From: a virus
Lineage: Duplodnaviria; Caudoviricetes
Strand: one strand, 5' to 3'
Length of the DNA stretch: 53,139 bases
Virus record (IMG/VR): IMGVR_UViG_3300027779_000039
Span: 1 to 53,139 of that record
The translations under genes were made by a program, and so were the position numbers. Under the pieces are notes generated by a model, which did not search any database, had not been told where the DNA came from, and worked only from the letters and a program-made list of their open reading frames with translations. This document shows, one piece after another, positions 10,816-20,148 of the stretch; the stretch's first letter is position 1, and each line of letters starts with the position of its first letter.

Positions 10816-10914
10816 TTACGTCTCCTTGTTGGGGCTACTTAGTTGCCTATTGCTAGGGGTCAGTAGGTAGCCATAAACTAAGCATTGCTGCTTAGGGCTA
10901 AGTAGTTAGTCTAC
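10816..10914 (-). promoter_or_regulatory. Structured leader of the scaffold gene (two GCAA-tetraloop hairpins)
   Basis: CTAAGCA-GCAA-TGCTTAG and CCTA-GCAA-TAGG nested in a GGCTAC/GTAGCC stem next to the RBS. Confidence 0.6.
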
Positions 10915-12942
10915 TTAAATAGTCATATCTGTTCCGTTTAATAACATTAAATTATTTACTACAGGAAGTAGATTACCATAACCTTCCTTAATATAGTAAT
11001 TTTTAGCATCGGGATAAATATCTGCATAATAATTTATTTTTTTTATATTGTCATTAATTTGTTTTAGGCTTAATGTTTTCATATTAGAAATTTGAGGATC
11101 TAATATTTCTTTATCAAAATCACGACCAGGATATGCCTTATCTCTATTAAATAAAGGATTTATACTACTAAATTTAGTTGGGTCGTCAGATGTTAAAATA
11201 CTTTCTTTATAGTTTTGATTATAGTCTAAACTTTTGTTGTACGTATCAGGGTCAAGAGCTTCTAAAACACTTAAAAATTCAGAAGCTTTGTTTAAGTTAG
11301 CAAGTTTCTCATCTACTGATAAAGTAGAATCTGCAGGATTAAAACTAGATACTACCTTTAATACTGCTCCTTCTTTTGACATAGAAGAATCACGATTTTC
11401 TATAGAATCAAACTCATCTTGATAAAATAATTTTTTTGTATTTTCTGCTTCTGCTATGTCTAGAGCTGCATCTGCATCTTGTTTGTTAGATATTCTAGAT
11501 TGAGTATTTAATTTTTCTTCTTCTGAAAGATCATCAAATATAAGACTTTGTAAATCTTTGTCTTTTATTATAGCTTTTACATTAGCTGTATCAAATTTCA
11601 TTATATCCATAAAATCATCATTTCCTGTAAGTATTGATAATCTTTCTCTCATGTCAACAACATTAGATGAAGGAGCTGTAACTATAGTAGTATCAGCCTC
11701 TGGGTATTTTTCCATTCCTTCTTCTGGTCTGCTTCTTGAATAGTCTCCAAATACTACAGTCGTAGCCACATCTTTAGAATCTTTTATTGATTTTTTTGAT
11801 TCTTCTTCTGAAGGAGGGGCTTGCTTTTCTGTTTTTCCTGTTTTTCCTGCTGCATATTCATATGTTTTATCATGTTTTTCTGCTGCAACAAGAGAGTCAG
11901 CAAATGTATTAGTTAAAGTATCTGTAGGTCTTCCAGAGCTAATGCCTGCTCTGTAATCAAATGTTCCGCCAAAGTCTCCGTTAAATCCTGTGTCTCTAGT
12001 ACCTGTAACTGTAACATTTTCAAGACCTCCTCCCCCACTTAGTTTAGGAGTAGAATTAAATACTTGTTTTGTTTGTTCTTGAACATTAAGAGGCGCAGCA
12101 GGCTCACGATTTGTAGGTGCACCGTACAAACTTCCATTAGCTCCGCCCCAAGGTTCTGTAGTTATACCGCCTTGGTTACGACCAGGTATAGTTATTGCTT
12201 TATTTACTCCAGAAACATTATTTATGTACGTATTTAATAATTTATTATTTGCGTATGTAGAAGGGTCGGCTATATAAGGTTTTGCTCCACCGTATCCTTG
12301 ATTATACATAGTAGCAGATTCTATTATAGTAGGTTTTCTTTTATTGTTTCTTTCAAATCTTTTATTTAAATATTCTAAATAATTTAAACTTGCATTTACT
12401 TGCCCTAATTCATCTAATTTATCATAATCTTTTGCAGCCTCTGCCATGTACACATCATGTTCAGGAGTATCTTTTTCAGGGACAGGTTTATATTTTTTTT
12501 GATATACTTGAGAATCTACAAATGCACCTAGTTGTATTTGTAAAGGTCCTTTGGCTGCTTCGTGAAAAAACTGACCTCCACTGGATTCTGCATATAAGAT
12601 AGAATATACATCGGGGTAAGAAACATTTTTATTATCTTTTGTAAAATTTTCTATAGCAGATATAGACTCTGGCTTTAATTTATTTTCAACTTTATAGCTT
12701 CCTTTAAGTGAGGTATTGTTAAAATTTACATATTCATTAAATTTAGTATTGTCTCGTAATTCTGTATCAATAGGTATTTTGGTTTCTATAGCGTCATAAT
12801 TAGGTTCGTTTTCTTTTACAGTGTTTTCTGTAGTCATGCCATTAGCGGCTTGTGGTATCACTGTTCCCCCTTCACGTAAAGACGCAGTAAATCGTTCACT
12901 GTCTTTGTTACGCAAAGAGTTTTGAAAAGCTACATTTTTCAT
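10915..12942 (-). CDS. Virion-associated protein with lytic transglycosylase (SLT-like) domain
   Basis: ILYAESSGG (catalytic Glu), GPLQI and MYNQG motifs in the N-terminal third; 675 aa. Confidence 0.65.
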   Translation of the reverse strand: MKNVAFQNSLRNKDSERFTASLREGGTVIPQAANGMTTENTVKENEPNYDAIETKIPIDTELRDNTKFNEYVNFNNTSLKGSYKVENKLKPESISAIENFTKDNKNVSYPDVYSILYAESSGGQFFHEAAKGPLQIQLGAFVDSQVYQKKYKPVPEKDTPEHDVYMAEAAKDYDKLDELGQVNASLNYLEYLNKRFERNNKRKPTIIESATMYNQGYGGAKPYIADPSTYANNKLLNTYINNVSGVNKAITIPGRNQGGITTEPWGGANGSLYGAPTNREPAAPLNVQEQTKQVFNSTPKLSGGGGLENVTVTGTRDTGFNGDFGGTFDYRAGISSGRPTDTLTNTFADSLVAAEKHDKTYEYAAGKTGKTEKQAPPSEEESKKSIKDSKDVATTVVFGDYSRSRPEEGMEKYPEADTTIVTAPSSNVVDMRERLSILTGNDDFMDIMKFDTANVKAIIKDKDLQSLIFDDLSEEEKLNTQSRISNKQDADAALDIAEAENTKKLFYQDEFDSIENRDSSMSKEGAVLKVVSSFNPADSTLSVDEKLANLNKASEFLSVLEALDPDTYNKSLDYNQNYKESILTSDDPTKFSSINPLFNRDKAYPGRDFDKEILDPQISNMKTLSLKQINDNIKKINYYADIYPDAKNYYIKEGYGNLLPVVNNLMLLNGTDMTI

Positions 12943-13592
12943 TAAATAGGAGCACCTTCAGGCATAGTAGGACCTAATAAACCTTCAGGAGCTTCTTCTT
13001 GTGGGCTCACTAATTGACCTTCTTGATCCATTACATTTAAACCATCAAGAGCATTCTTTCTCATTTTTTCATACTGAGCTAGACCGTGATACCTAACTAC
13101 ATTAGCAGGTACTACAAGTTCTCCTTCAGATAATAAAACGAGTTGATCATCTGCTACTTCTTCTGCAGTTGCACCAGGAGGTGCTACAGTTATCCCTAAG
13201 CTTTCTGCTTCTTGTGCCATATCAGGGGATACAGATCCTGCCCTTTCTTCTGATGGAGGTGGGGGTGGCATACCGCCCATAGGTGACATTGCTATGTTTC
13301 CTTCTGCAGCCTTTCTTATATATGCTCCACCTGATCTTAATTCATTTGCGTTTACCATGTACTTTCCTTTGTTTGCCATTACAGTTCTTCCTGCCATCCC
13401 TTTTTTATTTTGGTCCTTAGCTAATTTATCTAATTCTATAAAAGCGTTATACGAAGCTAGACTTTTAGCATCAGGATTTATTTTTGGACTAACCTTAGTA
13501 TTCATTTTTGCTTTATTAACTAAAGGATTGACTCTAGGTCCTCCTTTATTTTCATCACCTACGGGTGTTATTATATTTTTATTTTCTGCCAT
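12942..13592 (-). CDS. Hypothetical head-region protein
   Basis: 216 aa; VADDxxxLLSEGExVVPANVVRYHG motif; between portal and scaffold. Confidence 0.6.
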   Translation of the reverse strand: MAENKNIITPVGDENKGGPRVNPLVNKAKMNTKVSPKINPDAKSLASYNAFIELDKLAKDQNKKGMAGRTVMANKGKYMVNANELRSGGAYIRKAAEGNIAMSPMGGMPPPPPSEERAGSVSPDMAQEAESLGITVAPPGATAEEVADDQLVLLSEGELVVPANVVRYHGLAQYEKMRKNALDGLNVMDQEGQLVSPQEEAPEGLLGPTMPEGAPI

Positions 13593-13593
13593 A

Positions 13594-13815
13594 TTATTTC
13601 TCCTTTGCTGACTGAATAGCTTCTTCTCTTATTGTTAAAAATCGTTGAAGCTCTTGAATTGATCCCTGTAGTATATGTATCTTACAATGATCTACCTCTC
13701 TATAAAGATTCTTTGTTTGAGAATCTATCCTGTTTTTAACATATTGAGAGAGGGCTTCAAGATGCTTAGGATCGTTTAAACACGGTAATAATTTTCTAGC
13801 TGTTTCTTTTATCAT
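13594..13815 (-). CDS. Small hypothetical protein after portal
   Basis: 73 aa; IxxLQG motif; overlaps portal stop. Confidence 0.65.
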   Translation of the reverse strand: MIKETARKLLPCLNDPKHLEALSQYVKNRIDSQTKNLYREVDHCKIHILQGSIQELQRFLTIREEAIQSAKEK

Positions 13816-15890
13816 TGTATTCCTTCATTGCTTCCAACAGGAGGTGCGGAAAATCCTTCCATACCAGGCTCAGGTGCTCCACCTGGTCCTATGTTACCAT
13901 TACCTGTTTGAGCAGGATTAGTAGAAGCAGGTATACCGCCTCCTTCTGGTGCTGTTGGTTGAGGTGCTTGTTCAGCAGGTCCTGCAGGCATCATTCCTGC
14001 AGCTTTCATAACTTCTGCTTGTCTCACAGCCTCTCTTTCATCGTTTACAAATTTCTCAGCATCAAGATCAAATGCATGAGCAATCTCTCTTAATATTACA
14101 GGAAACTTTATAAAAGGTGCTAATGTAGGAGAACTGCCTATCTGCATAAGTTGTATAAGTCTTTGACTTCTTACTTCATTACGCATAAGACTTTCTGTAC
14201 CTCTAGCCTTTACTTCTATATCGCCTTTTATTTCTGGATCATAATCAAACTGTTGATTAAAAGCGTAAAAGGCTTCTCCTAATGGCTGTAGTAAATAGTC
14301 ATCAATATTTTTAATAACTGTTTTAATAGATAACTGAGCAGCACCCATTAGCATAGATATGCCTGATGCTGTTCTACCTACTCCAGTAACTCCTGTCTGA
14401 CCATGTGAGAAAGAAGGTATTCCTGTAGCTTCATCTGCAAGTACCCTAGCCTTATCAAACATCTGCATGTTTTGATTTGACACATTAGGATAACTAGTAG
14501 CAAATAAAGACTGACCAGGTGCTCCACCTTGCCTTCTAAAAATTTTACCAGGATAGAGCTCTAAGTCCTGCCCTGGTACGAGATTAGTTTCGTCAATCTC
14601 AAATATAAGATTTCCTGCTAACACAGCGTTGTCTACCGCCATACGCATAAAACCATTCATTAGTTGCTGAGTGTCTGCCATATTTTCTGCTAGACCTACT
14701 CCATAAAAACTATATGGATTTAACTCAAAAGGAGCAGCAAAATAAGGAATCCTATTAGGAACGAAAGGGTTAATCGCCAATCTAAGGATTTTACCATTGC
14801 CAACCCAGGCATTAATTTGGACTGTATCCATGTCAGAGTATTCGTCAGGAATATCAAGACCTGCATCTTCTGCAATATCTTTATCAATATTTCCCCAATA
14901 CTCGTAGACTTCAAACCTATCCACACTATAACTTTTTGTATCTTCGTCTTCAACTTGTGTCTCCCACCATTTACGGACATAATTAGTGCCCATTTCTATA
15001 CATTCATCAATGGCATCGCCATCAAAAAAAGGTCTTTTCTTTAATCCCCTTAAATCTGAGTGAGACAGTTTATGTCTTTGTATTACATACTCAGCTTGTT
15101 CCATGTTCTTAGCATCTGGGTCAGGGTAAAAATTCCAGACTGAAACAAATTCTAATTTAGGTACAGTAGTAATACTAGGATTGTATACTACTTTACCATC
15201 TTCATCTTCTTCCCAATTAGGGTATTCTTTATCTACTGCAAAAGGACCTTTAAGAACTCCTGTACCAAATAAAGACATCTCAAATGCGGCTGACCTTAAA
15301 TGTTTAGAAGCAGAAGATTCTTCTAGTTGATCTAGTATTCTTTTTTCCATTCTTTTAGCTGCATCTTCTGCAGGATGAAAAGTTATAGCTGTAGGAGTTA
15401 CCCCTTCTCCTTCTTTTAAAGCTAAGTCATTTTGTAAGTATTCTAAATTACCTAAGCGATCTTCTAAAGTTTTTTGCGTATCTCCAGGTTCTAAGTCTTT
15501 ACCATCTCCAGGAAAACCGTAGGCAGAAGTCAATCCTTCTGGCTCATTAGGATCAAAGTGCACAGCTTCAGCAACTCCTTCTGGTATACGAGTAGAACTA
15601 ATGCCTAGGGGAAATCGTTGTCCTGCAAATAACACATCTGTTATCTGACCAAATGCAGCGATTACTTTTGTTTTAGTTACTTTAATAAATATCTGACTTT
15701 TTTCTGTATCAGTAAATTGATTATCTGTACCGTAGATTCCTCTATAGTTTTTATAAGAACTTATCCATCTAGTTTCTTGATCTCTTCTAGCATCTTCTGA
15801 TTTTGTAAATGCACTTAGTACATGAGTAGATAGAGCATGTTCTTTATCATCTAGTAATAAATCTTCTATTTCTAATTCTTCGTCTTCCAT
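13812..15890 (-). CDS. Portal protein
   Basis: 692 aa; FGTGVLKGP, FYPDP, YGVGLAENM, TASGISMLMGA motifs; P/G-rich tail; follows TerL. Confidence 0.9.
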   Translation of the reverse strand: MEDEELEIEDLLLDDKEHALSTHVLSAFTKSEDARRDQETRWISSYKNYRGIYGTDNQFTDTEKSQIFIKVTKTKVIAAFGQITDVLFAGQRFPLGISSTRIPEGVAEAVHFDPNEPEGLTSAYGFPGDGKDLEPGDTQKTLEDRLGNLEYLQNDLALKEGEGVTPTAITFHPAEDAAKRMEKRILDQLEESSASKHLRSAAFEMSLFGTGVLKGPFAVDKEYPNWEEDEDGKVVYNPSITTVPKLEFVSVWNFYPDPDAKNMEQAEYVIQRHKLSHSDLRGLKKRPFFDGDAIDECIEMGTNYVRKWWETQVEDEDTKSYSVDRFEVYEYWGNIDKDIAEDAGLDIPDEYSDMDTVQINAWVGNGKILRLAINPFVPNRIPYFAAPFELNPYSFYGVGLAENMADTQQLMNGFMRMAVDNAVLAGNLIFEIDETNLVPGQDLELYPGKIFRRQGGAPGQSLFATSYPNVSNQNMQMFDKARVLADEATGIPSFSHGQTGVTGVGRTASGISMLMGAAQLSIKTVIKNIDDYLLQPLGEAFYAFNQQFDYDPEIKGDIEVKARGTESLMRNEVRSQRLIQLMQIGSSPTLAPFIKFPVILREIAHAFDLDAEKFVNDEREAVRQAEVMKAAGMMPAGPAEQAPQPTAPEGGGIPASTNPAQTGNGNIGPGGAPEPGMEGFSAPPVGSNEGIQ

Positions 15891-15901
15891 AATATATCCC
15901 T

Positions 15902-17494
15902 TTAATAACCAAATGACTCATCAAATGGTTGCCATTTTTTTATTTGCTGACTTGCATCAAACCCAAATAAAGACCTTGGCACTGGTCTAGACATTACGCC
16001 ATAACGCAATGCGTCATAGCCATGATCATAATCTATTTTAGTATTAATATCTTCTGGATTATTTTTGTCTAAAGGTAGTTGAGGTAGTTCTGCTATTAGC
16101 TGTGTACAGTTCTCAAAAAACTCTATTCCTGTTTCACCCATTTCTTCATCTAGTCTTAATAATCTATGCAATTCATTTTTACCTGCTATCCTACTTCCTT
16201 TACTTCTATCGGAAGGTCGCCATCTACATCCTTTAAGAATCATTGCTTCTGCTATACTAGGTCCTGTTTGACCTCTTTGATGCCAACAAGATGAATCTAA
16301 TATTCCGTATGCTATGTTGTCGTCTGCTTGTCTTTCAATATTTAATATAACATCAGCAAGTTCGTCTGCAGTTTTTTTACGTACATACAGCTCTCTGTAT
16401 ACAATAATATGACCATCGGGTCTAGCTGCCATCCACAAAACTACTGACCAAGAACTATATCCATAATCACATGATCTAAATCTTCTCCACGAGGAAGGTA
16501 TATTATAAGGTTCTACTACATGGATGTCTCTATTGAACTCTCCAAATGCAGCTCCTTCTGCTATGTCCCATGAACCTTCTAGAAGTTGCTTTCTTTGTAC
16601 TTCTGGTAAAGATAAAAGATTAGCTTCGTATTCACCTGACTCAGATAGGTATGGGTTATCTGTTAGTTTAGCAGGTATAAACCTTCTTTTAAACAGAGAC
16701 TGTCCTGCTTTCTTATGGGCTTTTGGATATTTAAGAACATTACCTGATTCTATATCCGTTGCATCAAACGATTTATTATAAGGAGAAGGATTAATAAACA
16801 TCTTCTTAACCCACATATGCCCTGGTCCACCAGGATTGCTTGTAGCTCTCATATGTATAGGTAACGAAGAATCAGTTGTTCTAAGTCTTGACCTTAAATA
16901 GTCCCAAGCGTAAGGAGTAGGATACTGAGTTAATTCATCTACACCTATCCAAGTAAACGCTTGTCCTTGGTATCTTAATACATCTTTGTCTTGTTCTAGA
17001 TATGTCATCCATATCCTAGCACCTGAAGGGAATGTCCATAAAGACTTTCTTTCGCTCCAATGAGCACCTTTAAATACTTGAGGGTACATAGTCTGACTCT
17101 TTTGTACCAACTCTCTTAATTCATCATTTGTTCTACGAATAATTAAAGCAGAGTGATTACCATTACCACAATACCTTAATACATCTGCTAGTAATGCGTA
17201 GGACTTACCACCGCCTGCTGCACCGCCATATAAAACTTCTCTTTCACTTGATGCTAAAAACTCTGTCTGAGGACCTTCGTTAGGTTTAAATATTATAGGT
17301 CTTTCTTCACTAAGCTCTTCTTCAATAGTCTCTATCTTTTTTTCAGCATAAGCTAGTTTTATTTTAGCTGACTTTTTTGCTTTCTTTGCTACGGTAAGTT
17401 TCTGCTTCTGCAATGAGATCTTCTTGCGTTTCTGTCCTTGCCTTGGCTTTGGCACGTTCCCATCTGATTCTAGCTGCTCGTCTTCTTTTTTCAC
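15902..17494 (-). CDS. terL: Terminase large subunit
   Basis: Walker A YGGAAGGGKS, Walker B WIGVDELT, coupling motif ATSNPGG, C-terminal nuclease DYG...DHGYDALRY. Confidence 0.95.
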   Translation of the reverse strand: MKKEDEQLESDGNVPKPRQGQKRKKISLQKQKLTVAKKAKKSAKIKLAYAEKKIETIEEELSEERPIIFKPNEGPQTEFLASSEREVLYGGAAGGGKSYALLADVLRYCGNGNHSALIIRRTNDELRELVQKSQTMYPQVFKGAHWSERKSLWTFPSGARIWMTYLEQDKDVLRYQGQAFTWIGVDELTQYPTPYAWDYLRSRLRTTDSSLPIHMRATSNPGGPGHMWVKKMFINPSPYNKSFDATDIESGNVLKYPKAHKKAGQSLFKRRFIPAKLTDNPYLSESGEYEANLLSLPEVQRKQLLEGSWDIAEGAAFGEFNRDIHVVEPYNIPSSWRRFRSCDYGYSSWSVVLWMAARPDGHIIVYRELYVRKKTADELADVILNIERQADDNIAYGILDSSCWHQRGQTGPSIAEAMILKGCRWRPSDRSKGSRIAGKNELHRLLRLDEEMGETGIEFFENCTQLIAELPQLPLDKNNPEDINTKIDYDHGYDALRYGVMSRPVPRSLFGFDASQQIKKWQPFDESFGY

Positions 17495-17735
17495 TTAAAT
17501 CCTTTTTAGTTATTCTGTATAAAGATACATGAGATATATCTCTACCGCTTCTACTTGATAACCATTTAGCTACTTCTCTGTAGCTTGATCCTTTTAAGTA
17601 CTCTTTAGCTTTTTCTAATAGCTCCATTTCTTCTGGTACTATTTCTAATAAGTCTTTTGAGCCTTCTACTAACTCCCATCCAAAAGGTATAGTTGAGGAA
17701 GTTCTTCTTTTATATTTATTCGTCTGTTCCGTCAT
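17364..17735 (-). CDS. Putative DNA-binding protein (HTH-like) between TerS and TerL
   Basis: IPFGW...SYREVAKWLS...ISHVSL pattern; basic C-terminus; start taken as MTEQ. Confidence 0.55.
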   Translation of the reverse strand: MTEQTNKYKRRTSSTIPFGWELVEGSKDLLEIVPEEMELLEKAKEYLKGSSYREVAKWLSSRSGRDISHVSLYRITKKDLSEKRRRAARIRWERAKAKARTETQEDLIAEAETYRSKESKKVS

Positions 17736-18087
17736 CTGCTTCATCATTTTTTCTTGGTAGTATAAAAATACCTTGAGGAGCTTTAACTTCAATCTTATCT
17801 GTTTTACTAACGCCTATTCTATCTAGTACGTCTTTAGCTGCTGCTAGTTTATCTCTTGTTCCCATTTCTACAGGATCATCAATAACTCCTACTATAGCCA
17901 TTGCTGCTTTCGGTGCGTTAGCTGCTAAAAAATTCTTAGAAGAAGATAAAATTTCTTCCTCACATCCTTTTATTACATCATTAATAGATGTGTTTTTAGA
18001 GTACTCTGCTACATCCATAGCTGCTCTATAGTTTCCTGCTGCTTCTCCAAATAAAGCATTTATAAATATTTTTTGTTTGGGAGTCAT
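17716..18087 (-). CDS. Terminase small subunit (putative)
   Basis: MTPKQxxF...GNxRAAxxxAxYS N-terminus and AAKDVLDRIG motif typical of TerS; upstream of TerL. Confidence 0.7.
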   Translation of the reverse strand: MTPKQKIFINALFGEAAGNYRAAMDVAEYSKNTSINDVIKGCEEEILSSSKNFLAANAPKAAMAIVGVIDDPVEMGTRDKLAAAKDVLDRIGVSKTDKIEVKAPQGIFILPRKNDEADDGTDE

Positions 18088-18088
18088 A

Positions 18089-18430
18089 CTAACCGCCTAT
18101 TACTATTTGTTCTGCTACTACAGTAACTGTTAGATCATTGGCTGATCCTCCTGTAGCTGATATAAGATCACCTGCTTGCAACCCTATAATAATATCATTT
18201 AACCAAAGATACCCATCAGCGGCTACACTTGTAGCTCCTGTAAGAGCAAAATGACTAGTACTAGAAGCATCATATAGTTCTAATTTAACTGTTGCTGCAT
18301 TACTTGCATCCACGTTAGCTACCATAATCTGTCTTACAATAGAGCGATGGTTGGAGGGCGTAGTATATACTGTAGTTCTATTGGTGTTAGCCAATAATAC
18401 AGATGATGTTACTAATAACCCTCCTTGCAT
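18089..18430 (-). CDS. Hypothetical beta-rich (probably virion) protein
   Basis: 113 aa; TVYTxP...IxVANVD...LxAGD pattern. Confidence 0.6.
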   Translation of the reverse strand: MQGGLLVTSSVLLANTNRTTVYTTPSNHRSIVRQIMVANVDASNAATVKLELYDASSTSHFALTGATSVAADGYLWLNDIIIGLQAGDLISATGGSANDLTVTVVAEQIVIGG

Positions 18431-18432
18431 CT

Positions 18433-18612
18433 TTAGCTTGCTACCATGCTAGAAATAATAATCAATGCTATAAGACCTATACCTAAATATATACCATATT
18501 TATTGTAGTCTCTAGTCATAGCTATTTCTTTCTTAGGCACTAGTTTAGCAACCTTTGCTTTCTTTTCAAACTTAACTTTAGTTACTTCTTCTTTTGCTTT
18601 TGCTTCAGCCAT
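18433..18612 (-). CDS. Small protein with C-terminal transmembrane helix
   Basis: GGAG RBS before MAEAK; YGIYLGIGLIALIIISSMV hydrophobic tail. Confidence 0.6.
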   Translation of the reverse strand: MAEAKAKEEVTKVKFEKKAKVAKLVPKKEIAMTRDYNKYGIYLGIGLIALIIISSMVAS

Positions 18613-18640
18613 ATTCAACTCCTTAATACCCTCGTACTTT

Positions 18641-18739
18641 CTATCTCTTCTTCTTACTAGCCTTTTTCTTTTTTGTCAAGGTCATAAGACCAAAGACACA
18701 TTTTTTACCAGTAGGAGATTTTACTTTTTTATCTGCCAT
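18641..18739 (-). CDS. 32-aa lysine-rich micro-protein (not in ORF track)
   Basis: MADKKVKSPTGKKCVFGLMTLTKKKKASKKKR; tiles between neighbouring genes. Confidence 0.5.
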   Translation of the reverse strand: MADKKVKSPTGKKCVFGLMTLTKKKKASKKKR

Positions 18740-18743
18740 TCTA

Positions 18744-18881
18744 TTACTCGTTGTTGTCTGAAGTTTTAATAGATATATCTAGGTCTTGACCTTTCGGTGC
18801 AGACGCAGTTACAGATATTTGTGACCCTGCACAACCTACTAAACCTAAACTTAATACACATACAATTATTAAAGTTTTCAT
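18744..18881 (-). CDS. 45-aa lipoprotein (not in ORF track)
   Basis: MKTLIIVCVLSLGLVGC|AGSQ: signal peptide II with LVGC lipobox; AAGGAG RBS; ATGA overlap with upstream gene. Confidence 0.7.
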   Translation of the reverse strand: MKTLIIVCVLSLGLVGCAGSQISVTASAPKGQDLDISIKTSDNNE

Positions 18882-19141
18882 TTCTTTCTCCTTTTAACTC
18901 TTTTTCCTGCAGTCTTAGTGCGAGGAAACGACCTATTCTTACTTTTTGAGATAGCTCTAAGATTACTTTTTTTATTATTCTTAGGATTACCATCTTTATG
19001 GTCGATGTCTTTATTGTCACCTTTTTTAACTGTACCTTTAGCTAATGCTCTATTACGTGCAGTATTACGTGACGCTCTTCTTTTCTTTTGCGTAGTAGTG
19101 CCTTGATAATTTTTATATTCTTTTTTATAATTCCTAGGCAT
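18878..19141 (-). CDS. Small HNH endonuclease
   Basis: DIDHKDGNPKNNKKSNLR motif; RNYKKEY N-terminus. Confidence 0.8.
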   Translation of the reverse strand: MPRNYKKEYKNYQGTTTQKKRRASRNTARNRALAKGTVKKGDNKDIDHKDGNPKNNKKSNLRAISKSKNRSFPRTKTAGKRVKRRKK

Positions 19142-19381
19142 TTATTTTTTATTCTTTTTCATAAAATTTTTAATAGTACTTCCATAATCTTCTAGAGATT
19201 GCATAGGGTATTTATCGCCTCTTCCTTTAGCTTCCGTATAATTTTTATAGTCTTTTTTTGAAAGAATTTTTTCTGATACTTTATCATCTAGCTTACTAAA
19301 CCCTTTTTTATATGTAGATGTAATTAACCCAAAAACACTTCTTTTATTTGTAGGCGAATCTATAATTTCTTTTTTTGCCAT
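19142..19381 (-). CDS. Hypothetical basic protein
   Basis: 79 aa ORF tiling with neighbours. Confidence 0.55.
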   Translation of the reverse strand: MAKKEIIDSPTNKRSVFGLITSTYKKGFSKLDDKVSEKILSKKDYKNYTEAKGRGDKYPMQSLEDYGSTIKNFMKKNKK

Positions 19382-19382
19382 G

Positions 19383-19685
19383 TTACTTTCCTATTTTTTT
19401 CTTAGCTATCTTATGTGACGCAGTAAAACTACTGCCTGCCTTCATGGCTTTTCTCATTTCCGTCATATGCTTTGCACTGTGATGCACAGAATGTTTCTTT
19501 AGTGTTGCTACCTGACCTTTAGTTAAAGCTTTAGCTTTCTTTTTTTTCTTTATTACCCCGCCCTTCTTAGCTTTAGGAAAACCGTCTTTCATGTTAGCAT
19601 AGGCTTTATCAGATATAGTAGATTTCTTTTTAGTTCTACTAGTACCTGCTTTCTTTCTTTTATTTATATTTTCATATAATGACAT
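19383..19685 (-). CDS. Highly basic hypothetical protein
   Basis: 100 aa, Lys-rich; SLYENINKRKKAG and HSxHHSAKHM segments. Confidence 0.7.
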   Translation of the reverse strand: MSLYENINKRKKAGTSRTKKKSTISDKAYANMKDGFPKAKKGGVIKKKKKAKALTKGQVATLKKHSVHHSAKHMTEMRKAMKAGSSFTASHKIAKKKIGK

Positions 19686-19985
19686 TTAACACTTCCACCT
19701 TCTTCTTGCTTGTCTAATACGAGAGTTAGGATCATTCTTAGTTTTAGCTGAACTATTCTTTAGTTGTCCTGCTGACCTAGCACAATAAGACTTCCTTCTC
19801 TTCGCTGCTTTACTACCTTTCTTTACTTTACCAGTAACTGCTGTCTTTAACTTAGAACCAGGATTAGCTTTACGATAAGCCTTGACCCCTTTCTTTGTCA
19901 TGCCTGCTCCAGACTTAGTAGGTCTATAGTTAGCCCCTTTACCTTTCGTAGTCTTTCGTATTGGTTTAGACGCTTTTCTTGGCAT
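19686..19985 (-). CDS. Highly basic conserved phage protein
   Basis: Start MPRKAS; RRKSYCARS...DPNSRIRQARRRWKC motif common in marine phages. Confidence 0.75.
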   Translation of the reverse strand: MPRKASKPIRKTTKGKGANYRPTKSGAGMTKKGVKAYRKANPGSKLKTAVTGKVKKGSKAAKRRKSYCARSAGQLKNSSAKTKNDPNSRIRQARRRWKC

Positions 19986-20148
19986 TGTTATCTCTATTGT
20001 TTTGGTTACTGTACCACCACACGAACGCAGCATTTAAAGGTAGAGTAGCAATAAAAATAAACCCATAATCTTTTAAAAGACTTACAAGACCTACATATAA
20101 ACTAACTGCACCCAGAATACATACTACAAACTTTATACTCTCAGTCAT
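19966..20148 (-). CDS. Small two-TM membrane protein
   Basis: 60 aa with two hydrophobic segments. Confidence 0.5.
   Translation of the reverse strand: MTESIKFVVCILGAVSLYVGLVSLLKDYGFIFIATLPLNAAFVWWYSNQNNRDNNAKKSV

Noticed and set aside
18651-18679. Minus-strand TTGACA-17-TAAGAA promoter
   Set aside because: Poor -10 and lies inside a Lys-coding micro-ORF; may be chance
18766-19020. 84-aa ORF in the track
   Set aside because: Out-of-frame overlap of the HNH gene and the better-supported lipoprotein ORF
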